Source: Planctomycetota bacterium (lineage in GTDB: Bacteria > Planctomycetota > GCA-002687715 > DRQF01). Taken from it: a stretch of 16,028 bases of DNA. Below the pieces are notes generated by a model. That model worked only from the letters and a program-made list of their open reading frames with translations, made no database searches and was not told the origin of the DNA. Below are positions 1 through 8,846 of the stretch, piece after piece. The translations under genes and the position numbers were made by a program. The number at the start of each line of letters is the position of its first letter. The stretch's first letter is position 1. Location: positions 142,744 to 158,771 of the forward strand of contig JALTLO010000088.1 in assembly GCA_027001995.1 (NCBI GenBank), written 5' to 3'.

Positions 1-2097
1 CTGCAAGGACTCTAAGAACCCCAATTGTTCTTGCTGGGCGACGGCGGCAGGATTGAAGTTGTTCGTGAGTTCATGGGGGTCGGTGTTGAGATCGTAGTGG
101 CGGGCAGAGGAATCTTTGGCGAAACGGATAATTTTTCCTCCTTTGAATATGAGGCTGCGCTCTTCCTCCCTTCCGGGCTGGGCATCTCTGGGAAACCGCT
201 CGCTATAGCTGAAGTCGATCCAATCGTTTTGGGGCTCTGGTGATAGAAGAACTTGGGCGAAATTTCTGCCTTGCCTCTTCTCGGGATCGTTGATTCCTAA
301 GATGGAGAGGAGTGTGGGTGTGACATCCACTAAGTTGAACATCTCGTGGCGGCTGTCACCGGCAATCGTGGGGATGTGGATGAAGCCGGGGACGTGGATT
401 TGTTCACAATGAAGGTTGCTGTTGTGAAATGTTGTGTCGTGTTCTCCGAAGGATTCGCCGTGGTCTGAGATGAAGAGTATGACGGTGTTAGCGCGCAAGT
501 CTTCCTTCCTTAGGCGTTCCAGAAGAGGGCTCAAGCAATGGTCCAAGTAGGCGATTTCGCCACGATAGAGACTGCGGGGATCTTTGCCGAATTGAAAGCG
601 CGGGTCTTTGTGCTCGCGGTAGACGGCGTGGGCGTCCATGTAGTGGGCCCAGAGAAAGAAAGGACGTTCCTGGTCTCTTTCGTTGATGAGTTTGAGGGCT
701 GAGGACGTGATCTCCTGAGCATCAAGTTTTTGGTTGTTGTTGAGTGGGTTGACGATGTCGAACCCTGGGCGAATATGGCCGAATAAGGATTCTGTGGTGA
801 TGCCCGCCTTATTGAAGGCTGTGACCGCCCAGGTGGCTCGTCCGGCATCCTTGAGAACTTCCGTGAGCAGTTTTCCTTGAAAGTGATTCCCTTTGGGGTT
901 GTAGGGCCTTCGGGCTGGGGTGAAGCGTGGATAGTAACCACTTAGCAGAGATGAATAGGCGTAGTTGCTGGTTGGGTAAGGGGTCCGGGCATTGGTGAGC
1001 CGAATCGATTGCTGGGCCAACTTGTCGATGTTCGGGGTGATTGATTGTTTGTGTTGTCTTGCTTTCGACCAACCGACTTCGTCGAAACGCAAGGTGTCGG
1101 CGGTGATGATGACTAAGTTCCAATCATCTCGGTTCTTGGGGAGCTGGGCGTTGATGACGTTTTGATCAACCTTTGGTTTGAGCGCGGAGGCCACCACGTC
1201 ATAGGCATCTTTCACGATGAGTGGGGGAAGAGGAGCCCATTGGTTGAGGACGTGTTCTTCTAAGAGGGGTAAGGTCTTGTGGGACACGGTAAAAGAAGGG
1301 CGAAGGATTTCTTCCCTCAGGGTGTGGATCGTCTCTTGGCCCCGGACCCAACAATGGAAGCCCAAGGTGAGGCCGAGGATGAAACAAGCGCCGCCGACGT
1401 TTCTCATCGGGTGATTCGGTACTTTTTCTTCTAAGGTGGCCAAGAGGCCGGTAAAGAACAGTCCGTAGCAAACACTGGCAAAAATGGCAGCCAGAATATG
1501 AGCTTGAGGATAACCACCAACATAGAGCGTGGCGTCCACCCATTGGAGGGCTAATCCTATGGCCAAGAAGATTGTGCCGCTGGCCATGAGGGAAACATTT
1601 GATTTCTTTCTACTCGTGAGAAGAATCTGTCTCACAGCAAATAGGGAAGTGATCGAGACTAGGAGCGAGATTGTTCCCACCAACGCCAAGCGGAAGGTTA
1701 GTCGTCTTTCAGCTTCGATGCCGGGCATGGCCAAAAGAGGGGGCAGAAAAACTGCCAGTAAGGTCCCAGCACCCAAGATGAGGATAAGGGTGAGGGTGAG
1801 ACGTTTTCTGCGAGTTTTTCTGAGAATGGTGACCAACGGCCAAATGAGCAAGATGAGGGTCCCAGCGGTGAGTGTGCCGACACCCGAGGCATGAAGAGTA
1901 CTGGTGGCAAGCGCAAGCCATTCTTGATTCTGTGGAGAGGCCAAGAGCCAATCAACGAGGCCCATGGTGAAGCCCACAAGGAAGCCAATCGGGAGGATGG
2001 TCGTCACATGCATCCACTCCAGAACAGAGCCTGAGTTTCTGGAATCCGCAGGGGTGGTGAATCCTTCCAGCACCCGATCCATGCCATAGAGTTTCAT
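1..2097 (-). CDS. Membrane-anchored sulfatase-like hydrolase/transferase (alkaline phosphatase superfamily); 3' end runs off the window
   Basis: Manually translated open minus-strand frame, absent from the ORF track because there is no stop in the window. Several N-terminal hydrophobic helices are followed by NLVIITADTLRFD, TPNIDKLAQQS, PFFLWAHYMDAH, YRGEIAYLD, NTVILFISDHGESFGEH, LHCEQIHVP, LVDVTPTLL and YDLNTDPHE. The start is uncertain: in-frame ATGs at 2082, 2097, 2109 and 2145, with AGGA just upstream of 2097. Confidence 0.88.
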   Translation of the reverse strand, partial: MKLYGMDRVLEGFTTPADSRNSGSVLEWMHVTTILPIGFLVGFTMGLVDWLLASPQNQEWLALATSTLHASGVGTLTAGTLILLIWPLVTILRKTRRKRLTLTLILILGAGTLLAVFLPPLLAMPGIEAERRLTFRLALVGTISLLVSITSLFAVRQILLTSRKKSNVSLMASGTIFLAIGLALQWVDATLYVGGYPQAHILAAIFASVCYGLFFTGLLATLEEKVPNHPMRNVGGACFILGLTLGFHCWVRGQETIHTLREEILRPSFTVSHKTLPLLEEHVLNQWAPLPPLIVKDAYDVVASALKPKVDQNVINAQLPKNRDDWNLVIITADTLRFDEVGWSKARQHKQSITPNIDKLAQQSIRLTNARTPYPTSNYAYSSLLSGYYPRFTPARRPYNPKGNHFQGKLLTEVLKDAGRATWAVTAFNKAGITTESLFGHIRPGFDIVNPLNNNQKLDAQEITSSALKLINERDQERPFFLWAHYMDAHAVYREHKDPRFQFGKDPRSLYRGEIAYLDHCLSPLLERLRKEDLRANTVILFISDHGESFGEHDTTFHNSNLHCEQIHVPGFIHIPTIAGDSRHEMFNLVDVTPTLLSILGINDPEKRQGRNFAQVLLSPEPQNDWIDFSYSERFPRDAQPGREEERSLIFKGGKIIRFAKDSSARHYDLNTDPHELTNNFNPAAVAQQEQLGFLESLQ

Positions 2098-2397
2098 TTT
2101 TCCTGTCATCGAGGTCTCGTCTTTTGCAGTCCGTCTCTGTGACATGTTCTCTGGGCAGGCATGGTAGCAGAGAGGTCGTTGTCGAGGAAGGCGGCCCGAG
2201 GGACCCTGACGCCTGGGGTGACGACACAGCCTGGATCGGGCGCCCAGCAAATCCTGAGGGGAGGGAATAATGCGGGCTAGGCGATGACTTGTGACGATGA
2301 TTCTGGTAAATCGGTAGGTATCGCCCTTCGATTTTGGTGGTGTTGGTCGCCAAAATGAGTCTGCACCTTTTGTTTCTCACGTTTTGGGAACTCCCGG

Positions 2398-4977
2398 ATG
2401 CGCATCCTTCAGGTCATTCATGGATTTTTGCCTCAATTTCGTGGGGGCACGGAATTGTACTTATTGGGACTTTGTCGCCAGCTCCGCCGTCTGGGGCACG
2501 ATGTCCACATCGTGACGGGCACGACTCATTCTGGGGATCAAGCCCATATAGAGGACTACACCTTCGATTCTTTTCCGGTGAAGAAAGTCGTCTTGTCGGG
2601 CAGTTACCTCGAACATTGGACACGTTCCTTTTCTCCGGAGGCCACCCGTCTCTTCGCTCAAGCCCTTACTGAAGTGAAACCAGATATTGTCCATGTCCAA
2701 CATTGGTATCGCTTGTCCAGAACTTTGATGGAGACCTGCCATCGTATGGGAGTCCCTGCTGTTTGCACACTTCATGATTTGTGGACCACTTGCCCACGGA
2801 TTTTTCGAATTCGTGATGAGAGTTTTTGCGAAAGCCCTCTTTCTGGGGAAAACTGCGGGTCCTGCGTACCGCGATTCCCATGGATGGAGGACCAGGATAC
2901 GATTCCGGCAGTTGATCTTTTTCAAGCGGATTTCGCCAACGAACTATCGTTGGCGCATCGGATCATTGTCCCCTCCGCCGCTCATGGGGAAGTCATTGCT
3001 AAAGTTGTCGATTTGCCTCAAGAGAGGATGCAGGTCATTCCTCACGGGACGATCGTTGATCTACAGGAGAATCGTCCAGAAGCTCAGCCGAAGCGTCGGC
3101 AAGTGGGGAAGGGGCGAATATCCCCCAAGAAGAATCCTATTCGCTTGGGTCTCTGGGGGCACCTTTTTCATATGAAGGGGGCTCACTTGGTTCTCGATGC
3201 TCTGCAAACGTTGCGCCACAAGACCAGTTTTCAAGTTCACATTTGGGGGGAGGTCACCGAACCTCAATACAAAGAAAGGTTGGAAGCGGCATCGATTGGC
3301 CTGGACATCCAGTGGCATGGAGCTTTTGTCCCGGAAGACCTGCGGACAACAGATTTGGACTTAGCGGTGATTCCCTCTCTTTGCAGTGAGTCTTTCTCTT
3401 TTGTTTTGGACGAGGCTTTTGACCTGAACCTTCCGGCCATCGTTCCTCGTCGAGGTGCTTTAGAGGAAAGGGTTGGGACTGCCGGCACAACCTTCATCTC
3501 TGAAGACCCCCGAGATCTTGCCCGTGTGTTCAAGACGCTTCTGAAGAAACCGGACCTCATCGACCGTTGGCGCTCAGCCATCCAAGCCCCCACGACGATG
3601 GCGTGGCACGGAAAGGAGATTCAATTCGTCTATCAAGATGTCTTGAGACGGGCGGAAAGAACCAAACTCACCGCCGATGTCGGGCTTCCATGGCGCCGGT
3701 TGGAGTTCCAAGCCGCCGTGGGTCGTCGGCAAGAAGAAATGATGTTCGGTTATTTGGGGCATATCAATCGAGAGATCGGCCGTGGTGATCATTTCGAGAA
3801 AGAGATGCGCCAACTGATGAAGGAAAAAGAAGATTGGGGCAAAGAACGAGCAGCCTTAGAGGAAACCATCGCCAATTTGGGCAAGGGCAGTGGGGAAGCA
3901 TTCGAACTTATTTGTGGTGAAGTGAGTGCTTTTCGTGACCTCATTTCAATGCCTTTGGAGGAGGGGGCCCAATATCAGTATCAAGAGCCGAAAATCGATG
4001 GCTTGGAGGAGGACTTTCCTAAAATCGGCTCAGCCCGGGATCTTATCGCAGGGAACAAGCGCCTTGTTTCTGACTACGTCAAGGGTGCCAAGGAGAGGCT
4101 CAAAGAACTTGATCGCTTTCGAGAATCCATCGCGAAGCTGGTTGAGGACTATGATCGGCGTCTTGACGCGCAGGGGCGAGCTCATCAGACCGAACTCGAG
4201 GAAGTCGCCAAGAATCATGTGAGTCATGCCCAAGAGCTCATTGCTGCTCTTCAAACCAAAGAAGAAGTCATAGCCCTGCTGGCGCAGGAGATTCAACTGT
4301 TTCGTGAAGCCCTCACCCTTGAAGAGGATGACGTGGACCTTCAGCTTCTGTCGTCTTCTGATTCGCCCCAAGCCGAAGCCGATGTTCCGGGGTTGGGGGC
4401 ATTGAGTGAGGTTAAGCAGACCAATCGCCGAATGGTGAAGGAGTTCTTCCAGAATGCCCCCCGTGGTGATCAGGCGCCTGAAGAGCATCTGAAGGTCATT
4501 ACCCTCTTGGCTCAGGAAATCATGGGATTCCGATCCGCCGTGGTCAAGCTCTTTGATCCGTCTGAAGAATTTCAGCGAGAAGAACCGGACGGGTCGGTGT
4601 CCGACTTCGCAGTTCCCCATTTGGGTACTTTGAACCAAGTGGTTGCCATCAATAGTGAACTCATGAAGAGTTTGAAAACGGGTTTTGAAGTTCTGGAGAA
4701 CAAGAATTCCGACCTCTCTTTGATGATCGACCTCTTGGGTTCTCTAATTGGGGAAATGCGCCGGGGAATCGAAGCGGTTCAAGAACAAGAAGGCTATGTG
4801 CCTCGGTTGATCGAAGGATTGGAGGGAACTTCTATGCATGTCCCAGGTTTAGGAGATCTGACCACCATTCAACGGGTTGATACGGAGTTGCTCTTGGCAC
4901 TTCATGAAGAAGTCGCTCGCTTACGTTCGTGCGTTGACTTACCAGACGGCACCCAACAGACAGATTTGCCAGATTGA
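2398..4977 (+). CDS. GT4-family (GT-B fold) glycosyltransferase with long C-terminal coiled-coil/repeat extension
   Basis: MRILQVIHGFLPQFRGGTE N-terminus, KPDIVHVQH, TLHDLW and the PSLCSESFSFVLDEA (E-x7-E) motif. Residues ~430-859 are helical, acidic and repetitive. Confidence 0.9.
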   Translation: MRILQVIHGFLPQFRGGTELYLLGLCRQLRRLGHDVHIVTGTTHSGDQAHIEDYTFDSFPVKKVVLSGSYLEHWTRSFSPEATRLFAQALTEVKPDIVHVQHWYRLSRTLMETCHRMGVPAVCTLHDLWTTCPRIFRIRDESFCESPLSGENCGSCVPRFPWMEDQDTIPAVDLFQADFANELSLAHRIIVPSAAHGEVIAKVVDLPQERMQVIPHGTIVDLQENRPEAQPKRRQVGKGRISPKKNPIRLGLWGHLFHMKGAHLVLDALQTLRHKTSFQVHIWGEVTEPQYKERLEAASIGLDIQWHGAFVPEDLRTTDLDLAVIPSLCSESFSFVLDEAFDLNLPAIVPRRGALEERVGTAGTTFISEDPRDLARVFKTLLKKPDLIDRWRSAIQAPTTMAWHGKEIQFVYQDVLRRAERTKLTADVGLPWRRLEFQAAVGRRQEEMMFGYLGHINREIGRGDHFEKEMRQLMKEKEDWGKERAALEETIANLGKGSGEAFELICGEVSAFRDLISMPLEEGAQYQYQEPKIDGLEEDFPKIGSARDLIAGNKRLVSDYVKGAKERLKELDRFRESIAKLVEDYDRRLDAQGRAHQTELEEVAKNHVSHAQELIAALQTKEEVIALLAQEIQLFREALTLEEDDVDLQLLSSSDSPQAEADVPGLGALSEVKQTNRRMVKEFFQNAPRGDQAPEEHLKVITLLAQEIMGFRSAVVKLFDPSEEFQREEPDGSVSDFAVPHLGTLNQVVAINSELMKSLKTGFEVLENKNSDLSLMIDLLGSLIGEMRRGIEAVQEQEGYVPRLIEGLEGTSMHVPGLGDLTTIQRVDTELLLALHEEVARLRSCVDLPDGTQQTDLPD

Positions 4978-5023
4978 TTGCAAAGGTACGGTGCTGGTAC
5001 CCCAATCCAAACTGGCAAATCTG
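4961..5023. terminator. Long hairpin between convergent genes; candidate bidirectional terminator or 3' stabilising stem
   Basis: Perfect 12-bp inverted repeat CAGATTTGCCAG (4961-4972) / CTGGCAAATCTG (5012-5023), with further pairing TTG-ATTG/CAAT-CAA and an inner GGTAC/GTACC stem. It spans the GT4 stop codon. No U-tract directly abuts the stem. Confidence 0.5.
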
Positions 5024-5037
5024 ACGACGTACTTTTT

Positions 5038-6639
5038 CTAATTCACCAAGAAAGTTTGAAGGTTAGCCAAGTGAGCTGTGTTCAGCACACTCTCAGAGAT
5101 ACTAATCCGGAAAGGCGCACCGGAACTCAAATTCAGGATGATGGGAGCAGCTCCCCAGGTGAAGGCTGGCAATATCTGCACTGACGGATTGTTGAATAAG
5201 TCGGTCCAAATGAAGCCAGTGAAACCAGCTAAGGGCAGGCTCCCTATCACTGGGTTGCTTCCGTGAGCGAAGGAAGGGAATGCCGCAGTAAATTCGACGT
5301 TCACGAATTCAAGGGTGTAATAGAGGGTGGCATTGTCACCAGGGCGGCCCTCGATGGCCAGGGGTTGAGCTCCTGTGATCGTCTTACTCAATGGAGCGAA
5401 CCCGCTGGCGAGAATGTTGCCGCGTTCGTCCGCGCCAATTTCAACCTGTCCATCTTCAATCCGGCTATTGCCTGGGCCTTCGCAATCCAAATCGTAGGCT
5501 GTATCTCCAAAAGGAAAATCTCGCATGACGACGGTGCCATTGGGAACCACGAAACTTGTGGCACCTAGGGGCAGAATCCCTTGTCCCACGAGTTGGTTGC
5601 CAACCAAGTGGACACGATAGTCCGTCGAGCTGGTCAAAGCACCATTGGTGATGAGTGGCACAGTCACGGCCCCTAAGTCGATGGTTGGAAGGGGCAGAGA
5701 TCCGATTCTCGGCGAGATCGAAGCGGTGTCTACCTTCGCTCCGTCAAAGGCAAGGCGAACGATGTCACCGTAGTCGACACCCTCCAAGTCGGCAATATTG
5801 TTGTCCAAATAGGTGTTGACGACAGCGGGCTCGTTGAATCCAGCAATTATGGGATTGATGGTAAATTCGTTGTCGTTGAGAATGCCAATATTGTTTTGGG
5901 CGATGGTGTCAAAGACGATGGCTGGCCTAGATGGGTGATATTCGATGGGTGAGTTTTCATCTGGAGTAAATTCCCTGGAAGTGATGTGAACGCCAGTATC
6001 ATTGTGGATGATGAAGCAATTTGAAATCTGAGGGTTAATAGGTTCTTCCGCAATAATTTGAACACCTTCGTCACCATTGACTAAGGTGATACCATCCACG
6101 AAAGTGTAGTCGAAACAGCCGTCCCCTGGCGCAAAGAACGAGATCACAGGTGTGCCGTCGACGAAAGTTTGTTGCGTGGCATCCCAGACGATGTCGCCAT
6201 CATTTGTGGGGTCGGCACTGGCATCGAAAATCGTGTCTAATGCCCCGGTCCCTTGCAAGGAAACATGGGTTTCCATGAAGATGGGGAAGTCTTCACCGTT
6301 GGTATCGAAGGCGTATCGACCAGGAAGGCAGCAGACGACGCCCCCATCCACGGTAGACTTCAAATAGGCAATTGCGTTTTGCACAGTGAGGAATGGATTG
6401 TTGAGATCGCCAGTGGAGTCGTCGCCATTGATTGGGTCGACGATGACGCGATCTTGGAATGTGGGGGGCATGCAAGCTGGTTGAACAGCGGGTGTTTGGG
6501 GGCATCCAGCGCGAACAATACCGGAATAGCCCATACCTAACCCCGACAAACCGCCACCACCGATGGGAGCGGTCGTTTGCCCTAAGGCCAAGGGGGCGAA
6601 GAAAAGAACAGCCAACAATGTGAGACTCTTGAGAAACAT
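5038..6639 (-). CDS. Secreted DUF1565-like / right-handed beta-helix (pectin-lyase-like fold) protein
   Basis: ATG at 6639 is preceded by an AGGAG RBS, so it is preferred over the ORF-track start at 6705. Sec signal peptide MFLKSLTLLAVLFFAPLALG. VDPINGDDSTGDLNNPFLTVQNAI...LPGRY...GEDFPI...VSLQG resembles DUF1565. ISNCFIIHNDTG and TIAQNNIGI look like beta-helix rungs. DLDCEGPGNSRIEDGQVEIGADE resembles the DxxGxxR...DIGAxE motif that often caps such helices. Confidence 0.78.
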   Translation of the reverse strand: MFLKSLTLLAVLFFAPLALGQTTAPIGGGGLSGLGMGYSGIVRAGCPQTPAVQPACMPPTFQDRVIVDPINGDDSTGDLNNPFLTVQNAIAYLKSTVDGGVVCCLPGRYAFDTNGEDFPIFMETHVSLQGTGALDTIFDASADPTNDGDIVWDATQQTFVDGTPVISFFAPGDGCFDYTFVDGITLVNGDEGVQIIAEEPINPQISNCFIIHNDTGVHITSREFTPDENSPIEYHPSRPAIVFDTIAQNNIGILNDNEFTINPIIAGFNEPAVVNTYLDNNIADLEGVDYGDIVRLAFDGAKVDTASISPRIGSLPLPTIDLGAVTVPLITNGALTSSTDYRVHLVGNQLVGQGILPLGATSFVVPNGTVVMRDFPFGDTAYDLDCEGPGNSRIEDGQVEIGADERGNILASGFAPLSKTITGAQPLAIEGRPGDNATLYYTLEFVNVEFTAAFPSFAHGSNPVIGSLPLAGFTGFIWTDLFNNPSVQILPAFTWGAAPIILNLSSGAPFRISISESVLNTAHLANLQTFLVN

Positions 6640-6850
6640 CGTGAAAACTCCTGGTTGCGTTTGGGTTGACCACCGTTGGTCTGCATGGGAAGCGAAGGCA
6701 GCCATCTCATGTCTCGGAAATTTTTGCTTTTGTTCGATTTCTTCAGCAAATGGCGCTCAAAGCCACACCTTCCGGTAAAGTAGGGCCTGTTGCCTCTGAA
6801 TCGAGCAAGGGATTGAGGTTATTTGTCCCCGGAAATCCTGAGAAAAATAG

Positions 6851-8794
6851 ATGATCACGGGTGAGCTAAAATCGAAGATAGATAGAATCTGGGACACCAT
6901 GTGGTCGGGGGGAATTTCTAATCCTCTTGCGATCATTGAGCAACTGACCTATCTCTTGTTCATGAAGAGGCTTGATGAGCTGCATGCCAAAGAAAAGGGC
7001 GAGGCGAACAAGCTTGATGCCCCTGGAGTTGGCCCGGTTTTTGGCCCAGACCAAGATGCTCTACGTTGGTCACGTTTCAAAAAAGAAACCCCTGAAGTGA
7101 TGTTTGAGACGGTGAGAGATCAAGTCTTTCCCTTCATGAAGTCACTTGGTTCAGAGACAAGCGCTGGGGTCAACAGTACCTACAGCCATCACATGCAAGA
7201 CGCGGTCTTTTTGATCCCGACGTCGCGGGTGCTGGCAGAAGTCGTAGGCCTCCTGAGCGACATCGACATGGAGGGGAGGGATACCAAGGGTGATCTTTAT
7301 GAATACATGCTCAGCAAGATTGGAACGGCGGGGCAGAACGGCCAATTTCGCACGCCGCGACACATTATTGAGCTCATGGTTGGGATGACCGCACCACAAC
7401 CTCATGATACGATTTGTGACCCAGCGTGTGGATCTGCTGGTTTTCTGGTTGGAGCTTTGGCCTATCTTCAAGAACATCACCATGATGCTATCTACAAGAC
7501 GGTCCAATCTCGCCGTCAGTTGAATGAGAACACTTTTTTTGGCTACGATTTTGACAACACAATGCTTCGTATTGGCAGCATGAACATGCTGTTGCATGGC
7601 GTTGAAAACCCGGATATCCGCTACAAAGACTCCCTCGCCCAAGATCAAACAGAGGCCCATGCCTCCTTTTCTCTTATTCTCGCCAATCCGCCTTTCGCTG
7701 GCAGTTTGGATTATGAGTCCACCGCCAAGAGCCTGTTGGCGACGGTCAGAACGAAAAAGACAGAATTGTTGTTTCTTGCTCTCTGCAAAGGGTTGTTACG
7801 AAAGGGGGGGCGAGGGGCCGTTGTCGTTCCGGCCGGCGTGCTGGAGTCTGATAGCAAAGCCCACACAGAAATCCGCAAGACTCTGGTCGAGGATCTTAAC
7901 CTCAAAGCGGTGATCAAATTGCCCCATTGGGTGTTCAAACCCTATGCGAGCGTTGATACATCCATCCTTGTTTTCTCTAAGGATGGGGCCACGGACGGCG
8001 TGTGGTTTTATCGTGTTGAAAACGATGGTTTCGCCGATGATGCCCAGAAGACACCCATGCCTGGCTCGGAGATTTCAGAAGTCTTGAGGCTCTTTCTTGA
8101 TCCGGCGGCGCGCAAACGAGATGAGCGCCAGAAGAAACATCGGATGGTCTCCCTGGAGGAAATTCGCTCCCACAACTATGATCTGTGTCCGCCCATGTAC
8201 CTCAGCAGGCACGTCTATCCAGCGGCTGCCAAGTTGATGGCATTGGGAGAGATTTTCGATATCTCCAAAGGTTCATGCCCCGCTTCCTCAGCAAGGGATG
8301 AAGGACCTTTCGAGTTTGTCACATCGGCTCATCTTCCCCGTCGGTCTGCCAGCAAGTCCTTTGAAGGACCAGCGATATGCATACCTACCGTCTCGGCTAC
8401 CGGCCACGGTCATTCTGCCCTTAAGACCCTTCACTTCGTGGAAGGTGAATTCGAAGCTTCCTCCATCACTGCCGTCTTGATTCCCAAGACTCCAGATGTG
8501 CCGATTCTGACGATCTATTATTACTTGCTGGCTCACAAAGATGACTTGTTGATTCCGCTGATGCGGGGGGCGACGAACAAATCCCTCAGTATCGACAGGC
8601 TCTTTGAGCTAAAAGTGCCCATCTTGTCGCAGCAGTCCCGAGAAGCTATGGCCATCAAAGAACTGTTGCAATTGAAGAAGGAAATTTCAGGGGTAAATCG
8701 GCGACTTCGAGAGCTTCAACTGTTGCACAATCAGGGAGTTGAGATGTTGAGGAAACCTGGGATTAGGGCAGAGGCCAAGACGTGGGAGGCATGA
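6851..8794 (+). CDS. hsdM: Type I HsdM-like N6-adenine DNA methyltransferase fused to a single HsdS-like TRD (M-S fusion)
   Basis: Classic HsdM N-terminus MITGELKSKIDRIWDTMWSGGISNPL..IEQLTYLLF, followed by GDLYEYML, GQFRTPRHI, motif I DPACGSAGFL and motif IV NPPF. From ~8231 the sequence LGEIFDISKG...YYYL...LMRGATNKSLSIDRLFELKVPI plus a long helix resembles one HsdS TRD and its conserved region. Confidence 0.88.
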   Translation: MITGELKSKIDRIWDTMWSGGISNPLAIIEQLTYLLFMKRLDELHAKEKGEANKLDAPGVGPVFGPDQDALRWSRFKKETPEVMFETVRDQVFPFMKSLGSETSAGVNSTYSHHMQDAVFLIPTSRVLAEVVGLLSDIDMEGRDTKGDLYEYMLSKIGTAGQNGQFRTPRHIIELMVGMTAPQPHDTICDPACGSAGFLVGALAYLQEHHHDAIYKTVQSRRQLNENTFFGYDFDNTMLRIGSMNMLLHGVENPDIRYKDSLAQDQTEAHASFSLILANPPFAGSLDYESTAKSLLATVRTKKTELLFLALCKGLLRKGGRGAVVVPAGVLESDSKAHTEIRKTLVEDLNLKAVIKLPHWVFKPYASVDTSILVFSKDGATDGVWFYRVENDGFADDAQKTPMPGSEISEVLRLFLDPAARKRDERQKKHRMVSLEEIRSHNYDLCPPMYLSRHVYPAAAKLMALGEIFDISKGSCPASSARDEGPFEFVTSAHLPRRSASKSFEGPAICIPTVSATGHGHSALKTLHFVEGEFEASSITAVLIPKTPDVPILTIYYYLLAHKDDLLIPLMRGATNKSLSIDRLFELKVPILSQQSREAMAIKELLQLKKEISGVNRRLRELQLLHNQGVEMLRKPGIRAEAKTWEA

Positions 8795-8846
8795 GCCCCG
8801 GGGGTAGGCCTCCAGGCTGATTGCCCCAGGTTGTAGGAACAAGTTT

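Noticed and set aside
25..2380. Many short ORF-track entries (25..243, 531..941, 809..1123, 1199..1543, 1529..1894, 1952..2380 etc.)
   Set aside because: Shadow or alternative frames of the long minus-strand sulfatase-like gene, with no recognisable motifs.
8785..8820. GGAGGC-ATGA overlap at the MTase stop opening MSPGGRPPG*, as a possible hsdS remnant
   Set aside because: Only 9 codons, RBS spacing is too short, and there is no HsdS similarity. The GGAGGC/GCCTCC stem is better explained as a 3' hairpin.
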